Shown here in pieces: positions 1 to 11,308 of a DNA stretch of 64,000 bases. The notes beneath the pieces were generated by a model. That model saw nothing but the letters and a program-made list of their open reading frames with translations, had not been told where the DNA came from and did not search any database. The stretch is from positions 243,450 to 307,449 of the forward strand of contig JAKMXF010000329.1 of the NCBI GenBank assembly GCA_024704765.1, read 5' to 3'. The stretch comes from Oopsacas minuta (taxonomy: Eukaryota > Animalia > Porifera). The translations under genes and the position numbers were made by a program. Each line of letters starts with the position of its first letter. Within the stretch, counting starts at the first letter, position 1.

Positions 1-197
1 TATCTTAGATTATTAAAAATTTTCAGCTAAAATTCGTATTATTTGTAGTTGATTAATAATAATATATTGTTTAAATTAGATTTTAGGCGTTTTAAAATAT
101 AATGTTTTCAAAAACAGATAAATTATATACAGTTCAGCTATACCATAGCCGAGCTATAGTATAGTACAGTTTCGAAACATATCATTGCAATGACAAT

Positions 198-330
198 TAG
201 GGTTTGCAATCCCTGGGATTCTGCGATTATCATTATTCTTTGCTAATCTCGGGATTTTGGGATCCCGAGATTCTGGGATTGACTTATTTCTATTCCCGAG
301 ATTCCGGGATAAGAAGAAGCTTATACAGTT
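198..330 (+). mobile_element. hAT-like terminal remnant
   Basis: TAGGGTTTGCAATCCC at 198 followed by clustered CGGGAT/ATCCCG subterminal motifs; no partner end or ORF seen. Confidence 0.35.
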
Positions 331-408
331 TAGCTGTCACTTCGAAGATAAACTTCTAAACTCGTATTATATAACTTATAGTTGAAAGTAACAACAAAAC
401 GTTTGTAC

Positions 409-1727
409 TTAGGGCATTCAAAAAGTTCCCATCTTAGTTAATATCGCGACACTACAACATCTTACTAATCAAATTTCAACATAAAATGTTTGAAATACTC
501 CCCCTCTACATCATTGCATAGTTGTAGCCTTTCTACCACTTCGAAAATGTTTTTTTATACTCGTCTCTGTCCACTGAATAGAGATAGTGGTAAATCCCGT
601 TTCCTAGCTCTTGTCGGGCATGAAATAGCCGTCCTCCGAGATAATATTCAGTTCAGGAAATAGGCAGAAATCACAAGGTGATGGATAGATCTGGGGAATA
701 CGTAGGATGTTCCATAGTTTCAAACCCGATACCCTCAATGACTTCCTTAAAGTATTTGAAACATGAGGTTGGAATTATCGTGGAGAAGTTTGATTCCTCG
801 AAACCTGTACGCGGGCGTCATGTTTTATTGACTTTCTCGACTTCTCTGAGGCATTGATTTGCATAAAATTCTCCATTGAGTCGTTTCCTTTAGGCACAGG
901 TATTTGAGCCACTGACCCAACGCATCAAAAATATGCTGTCAAGAGCCTTATCGTCTCGGAAGTTCGGACGTACCTTTTCGGGGGATAAGAACCTTTTGCA
1001 GCCACTATTTGCTTAGTTCAGTACGCAGAGGTTCAGAAAATTTAATCCAGGTTTCGTCACCAGTGACGATTTCATATAACCTTCGAGAATCACAATCTCT
1101 ATATTCTTTAAGCAATAATTTCACGCATGAAACCCTCTTCTCCTATTGCCCCTTTGTGAGGATTTTGTATCCAACGTGCTGAAATCATCGATATTCGAGA
1201 TACTCGGGTAGAAATATATGAACACTTCTCGATGAGATGTCCAAAATTAAGGCAATCTAATAAATGCTCAAAAGGGATCAATATCCAATAGTTTCAGAAT
1301 TTGTGAGGAAGTTTAAGGGGTGGTAGCGGAAATTGGTCTTCAGGTCAGAGGTTCATCTTCAATGCTACCCCTATCAGCCTTTAATTCACGTGCCCATCTC
1401 TCTACAGTGGGATACGCTAGAGTTCCCCTATGATAAACCGTGACGAGGTCCTCATGTATCTGGAGTGGTTTGTCGCCGAGTATGCTACGAATCTTTATAT
1501 AAGCTAGTTGTTCGAATTTGCTTGATATGTGTTTTGAAGCCATGAAAAGTTGACTCTCGAAAAGTAAAATTGAAAGCAGGATAGATAAAGATATATAATA
1601 GCTAGAGTGAATTCAACAGCCTTATATAGGTAATCGATAGAACTATTAGGATATGCTATGCATTTCATGTAATCGAGTAGAGTTTAGCTGCTATACACAA
1701 AGGATGGGAACTTTTTGAATGTCCCAA
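409..1727 (-). mobile_element. Decayed mariner (DD34D) transposon
   Basis: Imperfect TIRs TTAGGGCATTCAAAAAGTTCCCATC (409-433) and GATGGGAACTTTTTGAATGTCCCAA (1703-1727). Minus strand gives N-terminal HTH ORF 1340-1543, IVTGDETWI (~1050-1075) and HPTYSPDL..PCDFCLFPELK (~650-710), broken by frameshifts. Confidence 0.88.
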
Positions 1728-1775
1728 ATAATTTTGAGTATATATGTATATGAGTACTCTAATACACGACAACTT

Positions 1776-1956
1776 AGGTTTAAGGGACACGAAATAAATG
1801 AATGGAAATCAATGCAGAGGCAACAAAAAATGGAAAGCTACAGAAAATCATTAAAAGGTTTGATGCATGATCAAGAAATTAAGTAATTGTCAAAATCAAT
1901 GAGTAGGTTAAAGGGACATTGATAGGTTAAACGGGTGTTGATACGTTAAAGGGACT
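1776..1956 (+). repeat. Four dispersed copies of a GGTTAAAGGGAC-like motif
   Basis: AGGTTTAAGGGACAC (1776), AGGTTAAAGGGACAT (1905), AGGTTAAACGGG (1924), GTTAAAGGGACT (1945). Confidence 0.45.
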
Positions 1957-2340
1957 TTCCGTGTCAAGGATACTGATATTTTATATTTTGCTTTCAACGT
2001 TCCTGCTTTTTGTTGATATGAAGTTCGTTACAATTAACGGCAGTTGGTTTGTATTACAGTTGATTATACCCTGTAAATAGTCATTTTATTCTGTTAACAA
2101 TCAATTCTGAGCTATTAACAGTCATACTGTTTCCAACCCTGTTTATATTAATTTATCATACCCACACTATCTCAGCAACTAAAACTGCTGTTAACAATAT
2201 CAAATCGCTGGTTGATGTTAACAGTCATGCTATTTCCATCCCTGCAATTGATCAATTGTTAACATGCCCAATGTACATATGTATGGACCCGACCTCGTTT
2301 TTCCGATTCTGGACTGGACCATATTGCCTTGTCCCAGCAT

Positions 2341-2362
2341 TTCGGTTAATCGAGGTTGCACT
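2341..2362 (-). mobile_element. Orphan pogo/Tigger-like terminal inverted repeat
   Basis: TTCGGTTAATCGAGGTTGCACT is the reverse complement of a Tigger-type end (CAGTG.AACCTCGATTAACCGAA); no partner found. Confidence 0.4.
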
Positions 2363-2701
2363 TATAGGGAATTTGCAATATTAATCGTAATTAAGTTTAA
2401 TTTCACATTGTAAAACATTTTGGACACTCAGAAAATACGCTATAATAAATATTTTTGTCAAATAGGTTAAGTCTAGCCCGTATAGGATCCGCGGCTAGCC
2501 AGAGTTCCCACATGTGTAAGTAGTATATTTCTATTACATTTACTTCTTTTTCTTTAACTCCTGATACCGTATGAGTGCAGCATCTTAATCTAAAAATATT
2601 ATTTAGCTTTGCAGAAGATTTAGTCTGTTAACTATTAGTTTGTCAATATAAGTATAATTTATGGATATTGGGGACACACATTCACACACAAACACACAAT
2701 A

Positions 2702-4723
2702 TTATTTATTTTTTGCTATTTTCCCAATGGAACTAAATGCATCAAATAAAAAATTCCCTCCTCCAAGATGGCGATAGTACTTATCAGCCGTACTCGGCTG
2801 GTGTTTCATATGATCTGCTACGATCTGTGTATCAGTGGTCTTCTCTATAGCTAAAAATGTTGCCGTTGCAATTCTTGAACCTGTTGCAGTGATTGATTTT
2901 ACTTTAGATCCTGCTAGTTTGAGGAGTGAGTTCAGACTTGACTGTACACCAGCATGGTTATATCCTAGGATGTTGTCTTGAAAGCTTCAATGATTCTTCG
3001 ACCATTTCGGCTGTTGAAACTTCAATCTTCTCATTCCGCAAACTACGGTGCACGGTAAGCGCTTCTGAAGATTATCTCACCAATGAGAACTTCCCTGTAT
3101 TTGTAATAGTCATTCTTTGTTATAACTTTCTCAGGCGTATAAGCAATAAGCGTATTAAGTAAATTGACACGAACGTTTGATGTTAGATAGCCTGTGAATT
3201 CCAGTATGTTGTGTGGGTTATGTGCTGTGTACGTCTTCTCTTGCGACAATTTCTCTATGCACAAATCCCATCTAGAAAATTGTTTGCACACAACCTGAAA
3301 TATTACTCGATTGCAGTAGAAATCTTTGCTGTTTCAATAGAATAAATTATTCTAAATTGATGGCTATGCTTTTTGTGCAATTAATGTTCCGGGTTACATT
3401 ATGATGCCTTAAACATGTTTGCACCGTAAAAAAAGTCTTATTCAAGTTGGTACTAACAAGACTCTACATTTTTTACGCAATGTTCCTGGCTTATGTACAT
3501 ATTATCAAGGAGTGCGAGTGCGAAATTAAATTTCGAATATCAATAAGTTTATAAACATACCCTTCAATTCGTATTTCCATTTCTTTGTATTTTCGTAGCA
3601 AACAGACTCCGGATATTTCTGATACAGGTAGAGCAAAATGAAGATATGTATCTTAAATAGAAGCTTGTGCTGGAGGCTGAGAGCTTTTTCTTCATTTACT
3701 TATCTGTAAAATGCTTGCAAATTCTGTTTGCATCTAGTATATTTGCAATTGTAATACAATCAAGGACGTTGGCACACTACATTTCGCTTTGTAAGAAACT
3801 TCTTTGTCATAGCTTCCTGCACCCATCGTGGTCAACTAATTAGCAAATTCTTCTAACAGTTCTGATGCAGGTGGTAGAACATCAAACACATTTGCTTTTG
3901 AATGTATCGAAACAACTTTCAAACTATCGACTATACAATCTTTGTTGGTGAGATTTTTGAGCTCGAATGATACGCTATAACTTGGTGTGAAAATTCATCT
4001 GGTTCCACGAGTGTGTCATCTGATTGATCTGAATCAATTCTGCTCTCATTATTCTCGGCTGTATCTTCTTCCAGTTCTTGTAGTATTGCGGATAGTGTAG
4101 GTTCAGGAATGCTCGCTTTAACTATTCTGATGAGATTGTGTTGTCAATGGTCTGTGTCATCTGATTCTTCATTAGTTTCCACTATTTCACTTTCAATGCT
4201 AATTCGATTAGCTTTTGCAAATAGAGTTGTTTCTCTTCCCTCTTTGGTTGCTCATATTATTTTATGAGCTCTGAGCAAATTTTGATAATACCTGCAAGTA
4301 ATGAATGTTAAAATATTTAATTAACTAATCCAATAGTATTTCAATATTTTATTTAGCAATAGGGGTACTATTTCCCATTTCACACTTTATTTGCAACATT
4401 GTGGCATTCTTACTACTCATCTGTGAGTGGTATTACTTATTATTGTATAATGTAGATTATGTTATAATAATTAAACTACTATTTTGATAAACTACTTACC
4501 ATTTTCCAGAGTATAAATGCCACATGCTCTACCATCCACTAGAACAGGACAGATAAGTAGGTCTGCTCGGTACTGCCGTTATCTTTTCTCTTCTTATTAC
4601 GAAGAATCATCATTTCCCGCACCTCTATTTCTGTATCCGGGGTACTAGAGTTAAGTGGCGTTTTAACTTTGAAACGAGTTTTCCACAAATGACACACATC
4701 TTTTTGTCACTTCTTGTAGTCAT
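2702..4723 (-). pseudogene. Degraded intron-containing tyrosine recombinase (Crypton-like) gene with N-terminal C2H2-type zinc finger
   Basis: Hand translation: exon 1 (4723-4500) MTTRSDKKMCVICGKLVSKLKRHLTLV(H)P...CPVLVDGRACG ends at G|GTAAGT; then an acidic linker; EVLIGEIIFRSAYRA (~3050-3095); FKT (~2975); open C-terminus SLNSLLKLAGSKVKSITATGSRIATATFLAIEKTTDTQIVADHMKHQPSTADKYYRHLGGG...KNK* (2938-2702), matching the integrase R...H...Y tail. Confidence 0.75.
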
Positions 4724-5267
4724 TGGGATTGATATATAGTCTAATAAAACGGCCCTTTAAATACTCGATTGAATACATGTAGTACCTAGCAACTTATACA
4801 TGATTTTCCTTTAATTAACAACAACATAATTGAATGGGATAATTTATCATACTCTGTTGTACTTGGAAGAATTCCAATCCCTTTCAATTATGTTGTTGTT
4901 AATTCAAAATACAATCATATATAAGTTACTAGGTACTACATGTATTCGATCGAGTATTTAAAGGGCCATTTTGTTGGACTATATATCAATCTCAATGACT
5001 ACAAGAAGTGACAAAAAGATGTGTGTCATTTGTGGAAAACTCGTTTCAAAGTTAAATTGCCACTTAACTCTAGTACACCCGGAGACAGAAATAGAGGTGC
5101 GCGAAATGATGATTCTTCGTAATAAGAAGAGAAGATAACAGCAATACCGAGGAGACTTACTTATCTGTCCTGTTCTAGTGGATGGTAGAGCATGTGACAT
5201 TTATACTCTGGAAAATGGTAAGTAGTTATCAAAATAGTCAGTTTAATCATTATAAAATAATCTACAT
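4450..5267. repeat. Long imperfect inverted repeat (arms 4450-4840 and 4877-5267, 36-nt spacer)
   Basis: Arms are reverse complements over ~390 bp with scattered substitutions and small indels; each holds the upstream region, ATG (4723 minus, 4995 plus), zinc-finger exon and GTAAGT donor of the recombinase gene. Confidence 0.93.
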
Positions 5268-5929
5268 CATAGACTATTCTATAATACGGATATGAAACCA
5301 GCCGAGGAATTAATTCAAAAGAGAGGCCAGTTTTACTTTTCGTCAGAGGGAAAACTTACGTTTTTGAAAGCTACATATTTTCACTTAATATGGGGTAATC
5401 GGATATGGTGAATCCATTTGGAAGATTTTTGAAGTACTCAGTATGTGGTTTAGGCGTTATTTAATGATGACGTCTGCAACATCAACATAATAACATATAC
5501 TATATATATATATATATTTGCAATCATTTTGGATACCACTCGTATTGCTGAATTATTCGGGATTTGCAGTTCAGTGATTCTAAAAACTTTATATCTCATT
5601 TCGAGTAATCTGTTAGAAGACTGGTAACTATTCAAAAATTTAAGCAAAATTTTGAAACCAAACCACATGTGCAGAAAATATGTTATTTACGAAGATCAAT
5701 CACTCAATTTTATTTAATATATTCAATTTTCTTTGATTTTTTTGATTTTTTTACCTCTTCAACCCCTTCTAATATATGACCACGCATAACCTTCTATATT
5801 TATATTACTTTACGTATATTTATCTCCAACTATATCAGAAATATCTTAGCACCTTTCTCCCGAGATTTATCGACTATTTTCATGTATTTACTTGTTTCCT
5901 AGATCATTCTAAATTCTCATAAATTCTCT

Positions 5930-6941
5930 ATGCCATCAAAATGCTCTGTGGTAGGCCGTCGTACATGCTATATTGATGGACCTAGTAAGGCTATGTTTAC
6001 ATTTCCTAAGCAGTATGAACTTCGACAGAAATGGGTCAAGATTTAAATAGGAAAGTTTTTCAGTTACTCAGTTTTCAAGAATATGCATAGAACATTTTGA
6101 AGAAATGTATATTATCCGGAATCCAATAAAGACAAGACTCAATATGAAACTTAACCCGATCCCAACAATACATCCTTCTCCTATTCCCAAAGCCAACAGG
6201 CTGTTATTTCTGCCAGTATTCGAAAAACCTATTTACGACTTGTTTCAAAAGATGAACTTCCCATTTTCAAACTAGAACAAATTGTGAAAGTTTAAATGAT
6301 ATTTTAAATCGCATAAAATCCGCAATGGAATATAGAGACCTTTCATTCCTCTACTGAAACATCTGACTATTTATCGGGTTGACATACAATCTGGTATAGC
6401 TACAGTTAAGGAGTGGATTAATATTACATCTGATTTACATGTAAAGCTATGCTTTGAAGGATTTCCTATTCCTCTTCCAGATTTTATATCTAAAATCAGA
6501 AAGTTTTAGAATCCGCAACTTGGATATGTTAACAAATCTGCCAAATTATTGTAGAAATATCACTTCTAATTACGAGATTGAACCAGTTAAAGATTTGTTG
6601 AGGCTCATCTACAATTGCCCAAAAAGATACTCTACCAGTGCACTTCGATTCGCACTTCAAATGCGCTAGAATGCAGCTTATAGTCAATTAAGACAATACT
6701 TAACACTCCCAGTCAGAGGTTGTTACGTGGTTAAAATCAGACTCTATTGATAGTTTACAAGCTTTATCTAAACTTCGTGAATAAGGTTTTTTGGGAATGA
6801 TATCCTAATTCTCCTTGATGAAGTGCATTTACAGCAACAGATACAATTTGACGGACAAGCTATAATTGGTTGTGATGAAAATCTACAAATGTTCAGGAGC
6901 ATCCTTTGCTTTATGGCAATGTCTCTTACCCACAGACTACA
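5930..6941 (+). pseudogene. Element A transposase, part 1 (THAP domain to first catalytic region)
   Basis: MPSKCSVVG...FPKQYELRQKW...RICIEHF...NPIPTI (THAP) and ILLDEVHLQQQIQFDGQAIIG...ILCFMAMSL; stops and frameshifts present. Confidence 0.85.
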
Positions 6942-9900
6942 TTACTATAGACTTTTCACAGAAAATACCATGGATTACTTCAAGTCTAGTGCTTAGAAAA
7001 GTAATATCTATAATATACTGATTAATAAGTGAAATGTCAATCTTTCGATAAATTGAATAACAATATATGAATAGCACCATACCACAGCACTCGTCCCTGC
7101 ATACACAAATTAACTAATATAAAGACACACTATTAAAAATCACTTTCACTGCAACTTTTTAGCTTTCTATTAGACCCTTTAGGATATGGTAATTTTCTTT
7201 TGGCATTCAAATTCCTTATCTTATTCTTCAATAAACAATTAGTGGTAGCACAGAGGATTTGAGTCAGGTAGTTTACAAAAGTCTTTCCAATCTGGACATT
7301 TATCCCTCCAGAATTCAAAGTCAACCAATTCAATCCTAGACATCGCTAATTGAAGTATAACACTTCTATCTGATTCAGAAATAAAATGACTGAACCAAGC
7401 TGGGTACTGCTCAAGAATAATAAGTATCTGCCATTGAATAGTAACTGTACTTCTTACTTCACTGGATGGGTATTAAAGCTAACCACGGTCATCTAAGTGA
7501 ATGAGAGTAAGATCCGACTCTTCACAAGTCAGAGAGAAACACTCTACTTCAGTGAGTACTGATACACAATGTTTACAATAAAAAGTGGACAGATACTTTT
7601 TAGAGTAGATCATATTCTTATAATTGTTGTGAACTGCATATCCACCAATAAAAGCTAATGCTTGCGAATTTCCAGAGTTTGTGAGAAATCAAAATTTTCT
7701 TGTAGAATAGGAGAATAAATGCTCAAGTCTGATTGCCGAATTGGATTATTCAGGTGAACTGAAATGCTTTTAAGAAATTCCTTCAATGAAAACACATATT
7801 TGCCATCTTGTGCTTGGTACGACTTCAGAATGTTACTAATCTTGATCCGTCGCTCACTCTCAAGAACTTGACAAACAGAAATGTTGTATTGGCAACCAGA
7901 CATTAATCGGTAAACACCAAAATGCTTCTTGAGACAGTTGTTTTGTAAGAACCCAGTAAGCACGTAGGAAAATCCACATTCATCGCTAGTTAAGTGATTG
8001 ACAATTTAGCAATAACTCGAGTAGTGTGAATTAGGTTTGTAAATGTCTGTGAGCTTAGTTTGCTAGCTTTTCCGGTAGAGCTATGCATTTTCCAGTCCTC
8101 AAGCCAAGAACAAAATTTTGCAAGGAATTCAAAACTGCCATCTTGGTGTATAAATACTTTAGAATCAGCATTAAGTAGACGAATAACTTTACCAGGACTA
8201 TAAATGTTGCACATCTTCCAAAATCTGGATATAAGAGCAATAATTTGATGAGTCTGGTCGAAAATATTGTTTCTCTGGTTGAATACAAAGATAGCGTTGT
8301 GTGTGGATTGATCCCAAACTGCTAGAGCTAAGGGCACACTTTGTCTCTCGAAGGCTGATGGCCAGACTAATTTGGCAATAAATTTGTGAGCTGTTTAAGC
8401 ATTAATAAATTGCTCCAACTTGTATACATTCCTGATATCCTAGAAAGAAGCCGTCACTAGTTGATAAGGTAAGGTATCATTGAAGTAGTTATTGATAGAT
8501 GGAAAAATAAGCGTGGTAAGGTGATCCTTCTGATTTATCCAATTATTCCGAATACATTAAATAATATGAACAGGATAAAACATTAAGAATATTGCTCGAG
8601 AGGGGTCAGCTGGATTTGGGAAACTAAACTGCAAGTTAGATAAATTAGCTAGTAATTTGAATAAACTCATGTTTAACTGGTAATCGTCAGTGCAGATTGC
8701 TATCACTTTAGGCCACAACTTTCGATGTCAATAATCACTTGATTTACTATTGAAGTAATTCAGAGGATTTGGCATTGCAACATGGAAGGAGCCTTACAAT
8801 TTCTGACCATTTGTTGTGGAGGCTTGAAATCTGAAAAGCCAAAACAGTTTTAGTGGATCAAAGTCAGAAGAGTGGTTAACATGTACAGTGGAATCTGGAC
8901 TGATAAAGGGAGAACCAATGACTCTTCCTCCTTTGTAGGTATACTTGGATTGTACATGAATTTCATCAAGTTGTAAAAGAACATGTCTCTTGAACTTATT
9001 AATATTCTGGCATTCAACTTTCAAGTGATCAATAAAATCCGTAACTAAACCAATGTTAGAATATAGTCGCTTGAGAGTTGAGGGATGAGGTAAACAAAGA
9101 CTACCCAATGATTGTAAATATCGGTAACAACCAAAAGATATAAATTGAGTATTGAGGGAGAGGACTAATGTCAAGACATTATAACGAAGTCTTGTTTTAT
9201 AAATATCCAAGTTTTCGAGCTGACAGAATAAATTGTAAATAATTAAGTAAAGTTTGAGAATTATGTATCGTGGTATCTTCGTTAGTTGTTAACTTTTCCA
9301 CTGTGCATTTAACACTTTCGATAGCTTTGGCGATTCCCATTTGAATTTCATCTGGTTTTTGAAACGAGTCGAGATCTAGCAGTAATTGGGAAATCTCACG
9401 TATGTCAGTTATCTGAGAAATCCGAGTTCGAATTGGTATCTCATTAAGAAAACATTCGACAGACAATTCTTTATTTAATACAATTTGGTGGGACATGATG
9501 AGTTTGTGTCCAGATAAGATATTTTGAAGATGTAGAGGCTAAATTGATTAGAGCGAATAGATAACCATTCATCTTGCAACCTTAACATAGAATGCTTCTG
9601 TAGGACTACATCAATACTAATTACTGAGTACCTTTCATTCTCTGTTTGGTGTTCAGCAATACTCAACTCAAGTGCATGATGAAAGTGTCGGATATCTATT
9701 TCATCACGGTCAAGACGTTCAGGAGGTTCATGTTGACCTTTTAAGTAAGATGGGCAATTTGGTAGAATACTAGGCTTAGAATCTTTGCAAAGGCCAGGCT
9801 TTCGGGGAACCTTCTTGATAGAACCATCCCCCTGAGGTATTTCAATAGTAAGTAACAGGTCCTTCTCATTAAAATGCTTAGCACAGATGAAAACTATAGT

Positions 9901-10265
9901 CAATTGCCAGGCATCATCTCGGTGACAAATTTTCTCCATTCATTTTGTACTTCCTTAGGCCAGTGATTCAACATCTCAAAACACAGGAGTGTATTCAGTA
10001 CCATCATAATTTGAAGTGCAATTAGCAACACTACACCTATTGGGAATGTTATGGCTAGTGTAAAAGGAAGAAAATGATAAATATAAAGTTAAAGTTAAAA
10101 CGGAGTGAGGGTGTGGTAATTAGGTATAGAGTTTATAGACGAAGTTGTGTAATAAAAATTGACTTTAATTGAATAGTAGTAAATTTACATTATGGGTGGT
10201 TTACAAAATAGACTTGAAGTAATCCATGGTAACGGTGAAATCACTTAATGAATAGTCTATAGTAA
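6942..10265 (-). mobile_element. P-element-like (THAP9-type) transposon B nested in A, opposite orientation
   Basis: TIRs TTACTATAGACT...TACCATGGATTACTTCAAGTCTA (6942-6988 and 10209-10265). Minus-strand pieces from ~10047 to ~7133: PNRCSVANC THAP start, ICAKHF, LQLDEIHVQSKYTYKGG, HFGVYRLMSGCQYNISV, AFIGGY. Confidence 0.85.
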
Positions 10266-10574
10266 CGACCCCAATTTCTAACTTTTTTGATACTGAGTTA
10301 TATTCCGACCCTATAAGCTAAAAATGGTTTCTATTTATGAAAACATTTTTTTACCCTCTTAAGTTTTTAAAAAGGACGAATAAGTAGAACACCACTGCAA
10401 TACAAAATCATGAATGTATATTATTACAGATACATTTACGTGTTTTACGTTATAACAAGAGATAAGTATTTTCTACCGCATTAATTATGGGTCAATAATA
10501 TATTTTTATGCGACCCCACAAGAAATACGTGGCGACCCCACTTTGGGTTGCGACCCACACTTCGAGAACCGCTG
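10266..10574 (+). mobile_element. hAT (Charlie-type) right-end remnant
   Basis: GCGACCCCAC repeats and terminal ...GCGACCCACACTTCGAGAACCGCTG at 10574; left end missing. Confidence 0.65.
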
Positions 10575-11308
10575 CCTTACATCATTAAAGCTCTTCCAAT
10601 TTCTACACTATCATCAAAATTGTAAGTGATGGTATCATTCATTGTCTAGAAAACTTAAGAAATTCAAAATTTCCTCCTCGTGCTGTTATTTCTGACAATC
10701 ATCGACAAAGATTTCTTGATTAACAATCTAATGAATATGTATCTCATCCCTGATAAGAAATACTGTATGCTCGATCCGTTTACTTCTCTAGTTATTTATT
10801 TGTTCTAGATACAGTTCACCTTGTTAACTTCAACAAATAACCTCTATTGTTCCAGCGGGAAATCTATTTTGGTCTAGCCTTCATAAAGTTCATGACGCAG
10901 ACCTCTCTCTTATTTTCCATCTTAAAAAAGCTCCATCGTTAAACTACCAAGCACTTCATCCAGGAAATAACAATCCGTTCCACTTGCTCTAGCTATTTTT
11001 GAAATTATAACTTCAGTTGCAATGCGTGAATATCTTAAGGACAAAGATATTGTGATTCCAGCATTTTTAGAGCTCATTAATATATGGTGGCTGCTTGTCA
11101 ATTCAAAAGAACGTTATCATCCTCATCACCTTGCAAATGTAATTACATTATATACACTGAAAGATAAAATTACCTTCTCTTGGAAATGAATTAATGGTTA
11201 ATTACTTGGAAGCTTTCCAAGAAAATGGGCCTCTGTAAATAAACCTTTGAAGCTTTTCTAAACACAAATGCCAATATTAGTGATCTATCAGATGACTTAA
11301 TCAGAGAT
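10575..11308 (+). pseudogene. Element A transposase, part 2
   Basis: PYIIKALPIS...RAVISDNH...DTVHLV...KAPSLNYQALHPGNN..SVPLALAIFE...DDLIRD, continuing directly from part 1. Confidence 0.8.
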
